The notes: generated by a model from the letters alone, not told the origin. Shown: positions 1 through 11,408, counted from the stretch's first letter. The stretch: 64,000 bases of DNA from Octopus vulgaris (GCA_951406725.2 OX597838.1:45496752-45560751); one strand, 5' to 3'. Numbers and translations are program-made.

Positions 1-117
1 AGTATGCAGGAAAAACAGTAGGTTGGTATGAACATCATGAATACATGTATACACGCCCACACATGCACGCACACTTCCACACATAGTCATACATATATGT
101 ATATAGGAGTCCTGAAA

Positions 118-341
<224 letters not shown>

Positions 342-342
<1 letters not shown>

Positions 343-725
343 AGGCGCAGGATTGGCTGTGTGGTAAGTAGCTTATTTGTCAACCACATGGTCCCTGGTT
401 CAGTCCCACTACATGGCACCTTGGGCAAGTGTCTTCTACTATAGCCTCGGGCCGACCAAAGTCTTATAAGTGGATTTGGTAGACGGAAACTGAAAGAACC
501 CTGTCGTATATATATATATATATGTAAGTGTGTGATTTGTCTCACCCAAATCGCTTGACAACCTATGCGGGTATGTTTACGTCCCCGTAACCTAGCGGTT
601 CGGCAAAAGAGAGCGATACAATAAGTGCTAGGCTTACAAAGAATAAGTCCTGGGGTCGATTTGCTCAACTAAAAGCGGTGCTCCAGCATGGCTGCAGCCA
701 AATGGCTGAAACAAGTAAAAGAACG
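342..725 (+). mobile_element. tRNA-derived SINE (family A, CORE-like), full length
   Basis: A box TGGCTGTGTGG and B box GGTTCAGTCCC, CORE-like CCTTGGGCAAGTG, internal (TA)n, 3' tail GCGGTGCTCCAGCATGGCTGCAG...GAAACAAGTAAAAG. Homologous copies at 5321, 7478, 42366 and elsewhere. Confidence 0.85.
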
Positions 726-731
726 AAAAAA

Positions 732-768
<37 letters not shown>

Positions 769-789
769 CATAATAAAAGGTAAATGTTT

Positions 790-1015
790 CCTTCTAGCGC
801 CATGTCAGGCTCATAAGGGCCGGTTTCCCGGTTTCAGTGACGTCTATATTCCTCACCTGGATGGGATGCAGCTTCGTCGCAGGAACAACTTATTTTTGCC
901 AGCTGAGTGGACTGGAGCCACGTGATATGAAGTGTTTTGCTCAAGACAACCATGCATCACCCGGGTCATGAATCGATCACGAGTCCAACAATCCAACTAA
1001 GCCATGCGCCCCCAC
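790..1015 (-). mobile_element. Degenerate tRNA-derived SINE (head related to family B)
   Basis: TTTTGCCAGCTGAGTGGACTGGAGC..GTG..AT.AAGTGT.TTGCTCAAG is shared with the SINE at 9240-9564. The reverse complement has the head GGGCGCATGGCTTAGT. Confidence 0.65.
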
Positions 1016-1016
1016 C

Positions 1017-1020
<4 letters not shown>

Positions 1021-1049
<29 letters not shown>

Positions 1050-1067
1050 CATACATACATACATACA

Positions 1068-1095
<28 letters not shown>
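1021..1095. repeat. (ACAT)n microsatellite
   Basis: Direct reading. Confidence 0.95.
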
Positions 1096-1102
<7 letters not shown>

Positions 1103-1103
<1 letters not shown>

Positions 1104-1515
1104 TAGTATTTTATACATAAATATAAGAGGGAACCACTATGTGGAAGCCCTTACGCTTAAAAGAGATCTGCATAGGTCTCAACCACTAAGAATTGTTCTC
1201 CAGAAAATTTAGCACACCAGAAACGTAAGCGAGCAAGACAAATGAAAAATAACAAAACTATAGATTAATCCCAAACAATTGTTTCACTGTTAATAAATTA
1301 TTATGCAATTTTACTTAGACAATACATCTGCAGATCATCAGTGAGATCCTCATATTAAGATGTAATTTGTCGAACTCCATGCCAGATATCAACACGAGGT
1401 CGAAAATGCATGTAGTCCCACCTATTATATCTGCGGTTATCTTCAAAAATCCTTCAAAATAACGTAAGGGCTTCCACATAGTGGTTCCCTCGTATATTTA
1501 TGTATAAAATACTAT
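1103..1515. mobile_element. Non-autonomous element with ~53-bp terminal inverted repeats (probable PLE pseudo-LTR derivative or MITE)
   Basis: ATAGTATTTTATACATAAATATAAGAGGGAACCACTATGTGGAAGCCCTTACG (1103-1155) is the reverse complement of 1463-1515 with 1 mismatch. It is flanked by TA repeats and contains a hammerhead-like motif. Confidence 0.65.
1268..1347 (-). ncRNA. Type I hammerhead ribozyme-like motif
   Basis: Minus strand: stem I ATCTCA - CTGATGA - TCTG...CAGT - GAAAC AATT GT T - TGGGAT. Core boxes are intact and stem III is palindromic (ACAATTGT), as in PLE minimal hammerheads. Confidence 0.55.
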
Positions 1516-1593
1516 TTACTAAATGGATGTTATTAAATTAATATCCAAATTTTCACCCTCATTTTGATTTTAATTTTATATATATATATATAT

Positions 1594-2043
1594 ATATCTT
1601 TGTCCTGCATTGCCTAATTATTTGCCTTTCCTCACTACTTAAAACTATACCTACTGACTCAAAAGGATGCTACCTTCAGCCGAGTTTGAGCAAGACAATC
1701 ACACAACCACAACTTCAATCGCTATTCTAACTGGACTTTTGGTGGTACAAATATTTGAGAATTCAGAACACACACCTATTAGTCTGAGTTATCCTGACAA
1801 AAGCTCCTCTAACTCTCTCTCTCTCTCTGTATATATATTATTGCGTCTGGGGAGAGTCCTTCTCCTTTAGTATCTTATTACTTAACACAATCATCGGTTC
1901 GATTTCCACTTATTTACTTATTTTTTCAAAAATGTTCGTTGCGTCTTGCTACCTTTTCAATAGTCATTGGCCCTGTCCGTAATCGGAACTGCGTACTTTT
2001 TGTTTGTTTGTGCACATGTCTGGACGCCAGTGTGTGTGTGTGC

Positions 2044-2092
<49 letters not shown>

Positions 2093-2254
2093 AATATTTG
2101 TACCACCAAAAGTCCAGTTAGAATAGCGATTGAAGTTGTGGTTGTGTGATTGTCTTGCTCAAACTCGGCTGAAGGTAGCATCCTTTTGAGTCAGTAGGTA
2201 TAGTTTTAAGTAGTGAGGAAAGGCAAATAATTAGGCAATGCAGGACAAAGATAT
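1594..2254. repeat. 164-bp perfect inverted duplication (1594-1757 vs 2091-2254)
   Basis: ORFs 1667+ and 1957..2181- encode the identical MLPSAEFEQDNHTTTTSIAILTGLLVVQIF. The arms are reverse complements. Confidence 0.9.
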
Positions 2255-3418
2255 TTAGTTTCATTTAGTTCAATCTGAAATTTAGCTCTATAACGAATGG
2301 TAAAAAATAGTACAAAATAGATTCTTTAGGCCCATAGTTCCTTTGTAGGCTGCTTTAATAACGTATCTTGATTAGCACTATGGACACTAATTTTTGATGT
2401 TTGATTTTAATCTAAATTTGATTTTAAGCGAAAATCTGAGAAATTATTAATTTTTGACAACCCCACTCCTTGCTCCCGATTGTTTCTGAGAAGGTCATTG
2501 CTGGTATTTATCCACAGTGATTTTTTAAAAATTACGCAGATGTACTTGCGCAGCAAGTAACTTGATCTGAGATTATGTGCTGAAAACTTCACAAAATGAT
2601 GCAGCACGAACAGGTTGCGGTTTCAAAGCGACTATGGCGGTAAAAATTCAGATTAGGATTTATTTTGTTGTTTTTCTTCTACCAATGGATCACGTGTGTG
2701 TTACTTTAGCCTCATCATTCCATAAAATGAGTTTAATGGGAGAAAAATATTGAAAAAACATAAATGAATGTGAGAATGAAAAGAGAGGGTAGTTTGAGTT
2801 GTGCTAGAAACAACAGCGAAATCTCCTTTGAATTGTTCCCCTTTTTCCTCTGAAAATATTTACAATTTGTTTTCTTTTGTGTTTTTTACCGAAAAGGTTC
2901 CTCCCATAGTTTTTAAGTTAAAAAGGAAAATGGCCAGAATCGGTCCGGATAGTTTTATTGTAAGGCTTATAGCGTTCAAAACAGCCATAACAACAAAATC
3001 ACTTTTAAATTTTTTTACAAAAAATATACGGGTATTTTAAAAATTTCTATTCAATAAATAATGTTTTAATATTAAGTATACATTAATAAAATAAACTGTC
3101 GGTTTTCCAAACAGCGAATTAAAACTTAAAATGAAAACATTAAAAGAGAAAGTGAGACTTTACAAATAAAAATGGAATCCTCCGCGGTGAATGCAATGAA
3201 TATTTAAATTTATGAATTGGATGCAATGAATATTTAAATATGCGAGAAACTGGAATTTAAAAAATTCAATAAACTTGAGAAATCGAAATTATAGGAAATT
3301 TCTTAGAACGTGAATTTGTAAAAATATTTCCCGACGGTCAACCCTTTAATAATTGCTTTCTTTTAGTACTTTTAGTAATTGCTACACACCTAATTAATAA
3401 GCAGCTTTCTCCATTATA

Positions 3419-3469
<51 letters not shown>

Positions 3470-3474
3470 CACAC

Positions 3475-4215
3475 AAAAGACGAAGACAGGTGGTGTAGAC
3501 AACAAACAGATGTATTAGTATAACGCTCGGGATGTGAAAAAGTCTTTAACGTTTCGAGCCTAAGCTCTTCCACAGAAAGGAACACAGAAAGGAACACAGA
3601 AAGAAACAAGGAGAGAAAATAAAGAATCTGTAGTGGCTAGCGGTCTATCATGGCGAAGACCGGACAGAAGGATCACACAGGAGAGCTAGGGAGAAGGGGA
3701 GATAACAAAGTGGTGGTGATCCCAAAACGAAGGTGCGCGTGCGTGTGTATAAGAGAGTTTGTATGTGCGTGTGGAAGAGGGCTGGTGATCTGGACGTGAG
3801 CGTGTATGTGTGAAAATGTGAGTCTGGGAAGTGATCAGTGCGATGTGTGCGTGGTCGTGTGTTGTGTGGTATGGTGGTGTAAGGTGTAGTGGTGTATAGT
3901 GGTGTGTGATGGTGTTGGGAGGCGGGAGTGGAGAAATCAAGAGGGGTGTGTGGGTTAGGCTGAGGGTGGGTGTAGAGGTGGGGTGTGGGTAGACGGAGGG
4001 TAGAGGTAAAGGTGGGGTATGTGAGTATGGGTGTAAGGGGTGGAGTGGCGTGGGATGGGGAAGGATAGGGAAGGTGGGTTGGAATTGTAGGGGTGGGGTG
4101 GGTGGGTTTACGAGGGAGGAGTGACGAAGGGAGGAAGGAGAACATGGGTAGGAGTGAAGAGAAGAAAGAAGGAGAGTAGGAGTGAAGAGAAGTAGGAGTC
4201 GGAGTAAGAGTGGAG
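3475..4215 (-). mobile_element. Penelope-like element terminal (pLTR/3') fragment with strongly G-skewed body
   Basis: Hammerhead-like motif at 3544-3579, a homologous context at 35955-36020, a G/T-rich low-complexity tract, and an adjacent (TA)n run. Confidence 0.45.
3544..3579 (-). ncRNA. Minimal hammerhead ribozyme-like motif (variant core)
   Basis: Minus: CTTT-CTGTGGA-A-GAGC ttag GCTC-GAAAC GTT-AAAG. Stems I and II pair and stem III is the palindrome AACGTT. The core has T in place of the conserved A of CUGAnGA. Confidence 0.5.
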
Positions 4216-4308
4216 AGGTGGTGCGTAAGGTATTTGAGGACATACATTTTTGGGGTCATTGCTGCATTTTCTGCTAACTCTATATAATCTTTGTTACAGA
4301 AAATAATA

Positions 4309-5745
4309 ATGCCAGACCCTCAGCTTACCCAAGAAATGAAAAGACATGCAGTTATTGTGGTTATAAAGGTTGATCATAGCGATTTAGAAATATCTCGACT
4401 TTTTAAAAGTTGCCAGATCTGTCGTCTACAAAGTTTGTAAGGAGCTAGAGACTGAAGACGGAAACGTTTCACCAGTATCAAAGCATAAAAAGGATTCTAA
4501 ACGCTCTGAAATCATCGGAACACCTGAATTTATCCAGCAAGTTCAACCAGACCATTGAACACCAAACCATTGATCACCCAGAAAGTCCATGAAGTCATTT
4601 GCAATAGATCTCCATGTGTCAAAAGGAACAGCCAGAAATGTTGTCCGCGAAGACATCAGATATAAGTCTTGTATGGTGAGGAAAGGTCAATTTGTCAGAA
4701 AAAACAACAGAAAATCATTACATCAGATTTAAAAGGTTCTTAAACAAACTGAAAAATCCAGAAGAAGATTTGATTTGGTTTTTCTCAAACGAGAAAAACT
4801 TCGACCAAAGTCAAAAAGTTAACAGTAGTAACAGATGGTTACGTGCAGACCTTTCTTAAGATCCAGGTGTTATGCATACAACATTTCCTGCAACTGTCAT
4901 GGTTTTAGAGGTTGTCAGCAATGAAGGATGTGTGATGCCTCCTTACTTCTTTCCAAAAGGCTTTAGAGTTAACTCTGCTGCCTACATTGAAGTCCTGCAA
5001 ATAATTGTTAAGCCCAGGATTGACAGTGTATGCAATGGAAGGCCATATGTGTTTTGGTTAGACTCTGTGCTATCACACATGGCTCTAGTCACACAGGAAC
5101 GAATGGCTGAAAATTTTCATGATCACAAAACCCCTAATATTTGGCCTCCTAATTCCCCAGATATCAGTCCATTGGACTATTACATATGGAGCGTTGTTGA
5201 GAGAGAGGTCAATGAACACATCCATAACAGCAAAGATTCTTTGAAAGCTGCCATCGTCAGAGTGATGTCAAAAATGAACCAGGACCACTTGATTCGAGCA
5301 TGTAGGTGACTTAGATCTCATAGGCGCAGGATGGCTGTGTGGTAAGAAGAATGCTTCCCAACCACATGGTTCCGGGTTCAGTCCACTGCGTGGCACCTTC
5401 CGTCTACCAAATCCACTCACAAGGCTTTGGTCGGACCGAGGTTATAGTAAAAACCACTTGCCCGTAAATATATATGTAAATGTGTGTGTGTGTTTGTTAT
5501 TCATGTCTGTGTTTGTCCCTCCACTATCGCTTGACAACCGATGTTGGTGTGTTTACGTCCCCGTAACTTAGCGGTTCGGTAAAAGAACCGATAGAATAGA
5601 TACTAAGCTTACAAAGAATAAGTCCTGGGGTCGATTTGTTCGACTAAAGGTGGCGCTCCAGCATGGCTGCAGTTAAATGACTGAAACAAGTAAAAGAATA
5701 TAGAAGCAGTTGTTGGAGCTGAAGGTGGCTTTATTGAACATTATA
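4309..5745 (+). pseudogene. Frameshifted maT/DD37D transposase
   Basis: ORF 4872..5309 carries the catalytic-domain motifs. The upstream part is frameshifted and the C-terminus is interrupted by a SINE. Confidence 0.85.
5321..5700 (+). mobile_element. SINE family A inserted in the transposase C-terminus
   Basis: Same head and tail as 342-725, with an internal deletion. It splits HLIRACR*LRS / IEAVVGAEGGF. Confidence 0.9.
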
Positions 5746-6289
5746 GAAAAGAAGGATTATTTTATCCTCATAGCATTTTTTGATAAAGGAAGTTATTATC
5801 AGTTATTATATATCTGTTTTATATAAACTTAAATCTGTCCTCAAATATCTTACGCACCATGTGTGTATGTATGTATGTATGTGTGCAGATTTGTCTGTTT
5901 TGCTTTATGTATGTATTCTCATGCATATATTTGTATATATCTTGACATGCTCATATATATTAAAATGATAAACTTTTGGAATGTTTTACAGATTTTTACA
6001 GTTCCAGTGATGGATTGGATCTGTAGTCTTCGAGTTAACTTTTTCTTTTCTGGTTTTGAGAAGCCTAGTGTGTGTGTATGTATGTATATGCATGTATGTA
6101 AGTATATGTAGGTATGTATAATTATATATATATACATATGTATTTACATATAAGTGTGAGTGTATTTATATATGTATATATATATATTTATATATAAGCA
6201 TGTATATATATAAATATATATATATATGATATATATTGATAAAACGGTAAGATAACAATTTTAAAAACATAATCAAACATAACATACAA

Positions 6290-7030
6290 AAAACACAACA
6301 AGAAAACAGCTGTTCATGCAGGAATAAAGAATTGTGCCCGCTAAATGGAGCTTGCATGTCCAAGACCATCATATATGAAGCTACCGTAAACTCTATAACC
6401 ACTAAAGACACCGTTTCGACGAAGAAATACGTGGGCCTTACAGAGGGTAATTTCAAGGCCAGGTTCAATAACCACACTTTGAGCTTTAGGCACTGGAACA
6501 AAAGAAAAGCGACACAATTATCTAATCATATTTGGTCTTTAAGAGATAAAGGTGTCGATTATAACATACAATGGAAGATTTTGGCCAAATGTAAGCCCTA
6601 TACTAACGGCAGCGGAAGGTGCGGTCTATGCGACATGGAGAGATGGCTTATCTGGAAAAGCAGCTTAGACCCTACTACATGTCTAAATACAAGGACAGAG
6701 CTTTTCGGATCATGCCCACATGTGACTAAATTTCTGTTACGTTTTTGGTCCCCTAAAGAAAACAGATAGAACATGCTTTCTATGTTATGTCCCAAGAAGA
6801 ATTTATATATTTTTATATATTTTTATATATTTTTATGTATTTTTATATAATTTTTATGACGAAAAATGCGAGCGATGTATAAGTACGCAGGCAAAGCAGA
6901 GTTATAACAGAGTAATTTCCCTTTATTTAACGGTATTTTTTCATAGCGTTTTCAAATAGCCAGATAACCGAAGAGACGGTGTTGTGGATTTCCACTTCGG
7001 CATCTGAAACTCAGAGTTTTATCTTGACTA
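6290..7030 (+). mobile_element. 5'-truncated Penelope-like element: GIY-YIG endonuclease C-terminal domain plus pLTR (Naiad-like architecture)
   Basis: CSCRNKELCPLNGAC..IIYEATV..KYVGLTEGNFKARFNNH..W.IL..CGLC..E..LN.RTEL..CPH (ORF 6332..6769), with a downstream hammerhead-like motif. The clade call is inference. Confidence 0.8.
6962..7024 (+). ncRNA. Degenerate type I hammerhead-like motif in the PLE pLTR
   Basis: AGATAA-CCGAAGA-...GGTGTTG/CGGCATC stem-T-GAAAC TC A GA GTT-TTATCT. Stem I is perfect at 6 bp and the core has a U>C change. Confidence 0.5.
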
Positions 7031-7056
7031 CCGAGTAATGTAACATATTATTGTAT

Positions 7057-7161
<105 letters not shown>

Positions 7162-7202
7162 TGTATGTATACATGTATACATATATATGTATACATGTAT
7201 AA

Positions 7203-7337
7203 TATTTAAAAGGATTTATTTACACAACTCTTGTACATATTACTCCTTCAGCAATGATAGGTAATTATTATTTTTAAATGTAATATATTGTGGAAATATA
7301 TGTACAATATTTATGTAAATAAATCCTTTTAAATAAT
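7203..7337. repeat. Short fold-back (inverted repeat)
   Basis: TATTTAAAAGGATTTATTTACA versus TGTAAATAAATCCTTTTAAATA. Confidence 0.6.
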
Positions 7338-7477
7338 ATATTGTATTACTCTATCGATTTTTATACGAATTAATTGAGTTGTAAGTAAAAGCGCTTTTAT
7401 CACAATTCTCACCGATTCCCTTTTGAGCTTCTATGACAGCGTTATTTGCTTGTGACTTTAAACATTTCAACACATCT

Positions 7478-7830
7478 TGGTAAGAAACTAGTTTTTCGAC
7501 CACATGGTTCCAGGTTCATTCCCACAGCGATATATATAAGTGTCTTCGACTATAGCCTCGCGCCGATCCAAGCCTTTGGATCAAAGTGGATTTGTTAGAT
7601 GGAAACTGAAAGAAGCCTGTCGTGTGTATATGTGTATGTGTCTCTGTATCTGTGTTTGTCCCCCACCACTTGACAGCCGGTGTCGTTGTGCTTACTTACT
7701 GGTTCAGCCAAAGAGACCGATAGAATAAGTACTAGGCTTTAAAAAAATAAGTCTTAGAGTCGATTTGTTCGAGTAAAACCCTCCAGGGTGCATAACCGCA
7801 GTCAAATGGCCGAAAACAAGTCAAAAAGAA
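7478..7830 (+). mobile_element. Degenerate SINE family A
   Basis: CCACATGGTTCCAGGTTC..AAGTGTCTTC.ACTATAGCCTCG..GGAAACTGAAAGAAGCC..GAGACCGATAGAATAAGTACTAGGC. Confidence 0.8.
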
Positions 7831-8229
7831 GATTCCATATAAATCTGGTCGACGATATTGAGGAGAGAGTTACTTGAACTGGGCTGTTTCTGGAACCACG
7901 TGCCCACGCCCAAATGCGCTCACCATCTTCCCACTCAGGCATATGTTATGAAAAGAAGACAAGTCAGTTCGTTCGCAGCATTCACGAAGCCGCAGTGAAT
8001 ACCAGATATAAGCCTACACATCCATTTTAGGGTCCCTCCCTCCGGATTTTCTGTAGAGGTAATCGCTCATGGAATTATCCCACAAATCAGGTGAAGTTTA
8101 TTATTTTAGGGTGTTTCATTTCTATGCGTTAAACTAATACAATATTTGGCTCTCCTGAGTTTTATTTATTTTGGTTTTTTGTTGATTGTCTTCATGATAT
8201 ATGCGTGTGTGTGTGTATGTGTGTATGTG

Positions 8230-8314
<85 letters not shown>

Positions 8315-8634
8315 GTGTGCGTGTGTGTGTGTGTGTGTGTGTTTAATCTGACGTCTGAAAGTTAAAAGAAGGGTAAAAGTAATCAAACACGACAGTTGTT
8401 TTCTAAAGGAGACACTGCTTGCGTAGCATGTACCCCGACAATAGTTTCGTGGCCATTCAGTGTCCTTTCTCATCGGGTGCTCGGGTGTATACGGCTATTC
8501 TTTTCAAAATTATTTGCCATGAATTAATTAGGCAAAAACCAAATTAATTATGCAAAAACTACATTTTAAGAATAAAAAAGGGGAAAAGAAAGTGGGATTG
8601 GTAAAAAACCAATCACATGCCCTTCATAAGGACA

Positions 8635-10685
8635 ACCTTCGGTTTTGATATTATAATGCCGACATATTGTCCGGTGTAAACACTGGCCGACTCTGTCATG
8701 TCTTGCTTTATATTCTACACCCTGCTAAGACTCTACTCCCTGAGATTAGGCTGTCTATAGTTCAATCTCATCGCTACAGAATCGGCATTTTGGGCCAGCT
8801 CCATTTTTTATCACATTGGCTTGGTAGTTCCGGGTTAATAAGCAGCTAATATCAAATCTTTATTCTCTGCTTTTAGCCCTGAGCTTCGTAACCATTGATG
8901 CGTGTGTTTCTGGTCGACATCAGCTTGTTTGTTACGGGCCACATACTTGCCATGCAGTGGTTTCTGTTCCCATCTGCTAGTTAATTTTTCATTGCTTTTG
9001 TCTTTGCAATTAATTTTACTTTCTTTGCAGCTGCAGTTGGCGCATTTCCTTCAACCTGAGCAATCTGGTAGGTATCTAAGAGATCAGGAGCGAATTTTTT
9101 GCTCTCTTTCAGAATAGAGTGAAGTTATTTCGGTCTTTCATGTTTTTCAACAAGTTTTAGCACCCAATCGTTGGTTGTTTCAAGGTATTTGTCCAGTCCG
9201 ATTGTGGTGGTTTTGTATGTAAGTTTTGTATGTTTTTTTTAAAGACTCCGCCGGTTACGACGACGAGGGTCCCAGCTGATACGATCAACGGAACAGCTTG
9301 CTCGTGAAATTAACGTGCAAATGGCTGAGCATTCCACAGACACGTGTACCCTTAACGTAGTTCTCGGGGATAATCAGCGTGACACAGAGAGTGACAAGGC
9401 TGACCCTTTGAAATACAAATACAACTCATTTTTGCCAGCTGAGTGGACTGGAGCAACGTGAAATAAAGTGTCTTGCTCAAGGACACAACGCGTCGCCGGG
9501 AATCGAACTCACAACCTTACGATCATGAGCCGAATGCCCTAACCACTAAGCCACGCGCCCTCACAAGTTTTGTATGTAAGTTCAAGCTGGATCAAGCCTC
9601 GACCTCCCTGAGCTCTGGGAAGGTAAAGACGATCCACGTCTACCTTTGAATGGTGCATCTTATTACAAGTCAGTAGCTGGCAGATTTTTCTGTCAATTTT
9701 CATTATTTCACTTGTATTCCAGTCAAGCACATTGAAGCTATAAAGAACATTTGGTACTGCTAAGGAATTTATGGCTTATTATATGCATTCAGCTCAGACT
9801 TCAGGACTGCTTGAACTCTTCTATAACATTCCTTCCTAAACTCTTTCATACATTCATGCTGGATACCAGAGCCTTCATTTATTCCTAGGTATTTATAGGT
9901 TTGTTCCTGCTCAAGTTCCTTTATCACTGTTTCGACATCTAATTCGATTGTACTTGACTTTACCAATTTCATAGTTGGTCCTTAACATTTGTTCTTGAGC
10001 TGCGCATATGAGTTCTTCTGTCTTTATCTTCAGTTCACTCGTCCTCATCCATAGCCACCGGTTCTCTATATCTGACTTGGCGTTCATATCTCTTGCAAAC
10101 TGACCGTACAATTTTTTGCACCTCATGCTTTTTCTTTTGGGGGGTTCATTTCTTCTCTCAATTTTTCTTTCATTACACAATTTTCAGTTTTGATGAAGCC
10201 AGCCTTCGTATGTTTTAACAATGACTCCATGGCATTTTTATATACCTGTTTTATATACGCTGTTTTCTTCTGCTTCGATACAGTCCTGGCAACTGATCAA
10301 ACCTCTCTCACCCTTTCTTCTGGACTTTCGGTGTCACTCTTATGTTGGAAGGTTCCATGGACTGTCAAAATTGTTCCTGGTCTTTCTATCCATTTTCTTC
10401 ATTTCTCTCTTTTGCTATTTCATAATTCCTACTCCATACCGAAGTGATGCTATCGCCCACGTACTAACTGCTTAGATTTTATTCCATCAAGTCAATTTAG
10501 AGCGCAACACCAACCTTAATCTTCGGAAATATTCCATCCCCAGTTGCTCTTTCATTTCCTTCTCCATTATCTCGTTGAACTCTCGTACACCAAGGTATTG
10601 GTAGCCTTCCGTTTCAATTTGTTCAATGCAGTCTCTGTTCGGTAATTCTATCTCTGCTATGGACTTCGCTTCTTTTTAGGTAGGT
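8635..10685 (-). mobile_element. Two fused fragments of R4/Dong-type RLE non-LTR retrotransposons (post-RT thumb to zinc knuckle)
   Basis: YQYLGV / YKYLGI, RLYLPRAQGGRGL, LYGQF / LHGKY, AAQEQ.L.T, CRFC...ARHDRV. It abuts (TTA)n at 10696, and the fragment junction is near 9975. Confidence 0.85.
9240..9564 (-). mobile_element. tRNA-derived SINE (family B), young, with target-site duplication
   Basis: A box TGGCTTAGTGG, B box GAGTTCGATTCC, core GTGTCCTTGAGCAAGACAC, A tail. GTTTTGTATGTAAGTT is duplicated at 9210-9225 and 9567-9582. Confidence 0.9.
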
Positions 10686-10693
10686 TATTTCGA

Positions 10694-10753
<60 letters not shown>

Positions 10754-11301
10754 GAGTGAGAGAGCAGTGCATGCCATCAAAGTGACACTGGGGTAAAATA
10801 TACGAAGCCCAGTATACCCATCATGACTACCCGTCTGATAAGGGTACACTAGGCACTTGCTTCACAACCATATGTGCACGACATGGTGATCTCATATCAA
10901 GATAAACAGCACATGACCTTGAGGGTGGGGCTCAGTTAGAATTTTCTTCAGGTCGAGTAACCCATCCCACTCGAAAGGTCCCTGATTAAGGGTTGTTTAA
11001 GGATGTTGAACGAAACACCCATGTTTCCAGAGGTGAATTATTCAAACCCCAAAGAATCCCTCTCAACACATGGCTATGATGCTCCTCCACTACTTCTGCT
11101 CGTGATCAGAGATGCACATATCGTCAGCCACTAAGGGACATGCTCAACTGGTTACGGTCAAACAACTGACAAGAAAATCTGTCGTATTGAGAAGAATATT
11201 TGCTGTAGCCCATCATTTATACCAAGACAAAACATTGATAACAATTCTCATCAGTTAAGATCAGAAGCCATGACAGCCACTGCCTGGTACTGCATCAGGG
11301 C

Positions 11302-11304
<3 letters not shown>
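10754..11304 (-). mobile_element. ~550-bp non-coding element bounded by (AAT)n (copy 1)
   Basis: Reverse-complement homolog with the same boundaries at 29908-30457. Both ends sit in TTA/AAT tracts. Strand is assigned by AAT polarity. Confidence 0.8.
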
Positions 11305-11361
<57 letters not shown>

Positions 11362-11365
<4 letters not shown>

Positions 11366-11408
11366 TAGTTTTATTTTTATAGCGTGCTTTCACTTCATAG
11401 CGTGCTTT
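11362..11408 (-). mobile_element. Very short retroelement 3'-end fragment in (AAT)n
   Basis: Reverse complement of AAGTGAAAGCACGCTATAAAAATAAAACTACTG(AAT)n, also seen at 30643-30676. Confidence 0.65.

Larger units (their letters stand above)
4217..5862 (+). mobile_element. Tc1/mariner superfamily DNA transposon, DD37D (maT) type, defective
   Basis: TIRs TGGTGCGTAAGGTATTTGAGGACA (4219) and TGTCCTCAAATATCTTACGCACCA (5836-5859). Transposase reads WLDSVLSH...WPPNSPDISPLDY with 37 residues between the second and third Asp. The C-terminus IEAVVGAEGGFIE resumes after a SINE insertion. Confidence 0.9.

Noticed and set aside
3648-4259. 203-aa and 185-aa Pro/Thr/His-rich ORFs
   Set aside because: They result from a C-rich low-complexity strand lacking stops, are open in several frames, and have no motif.
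9490-9564. tRNA gene (also at 27115-27189)
   Set aside because: The tRNA-like heads run into SINE core and tail; the 9240-9564 copy also has a TSD. They are not standalone tRNAs.
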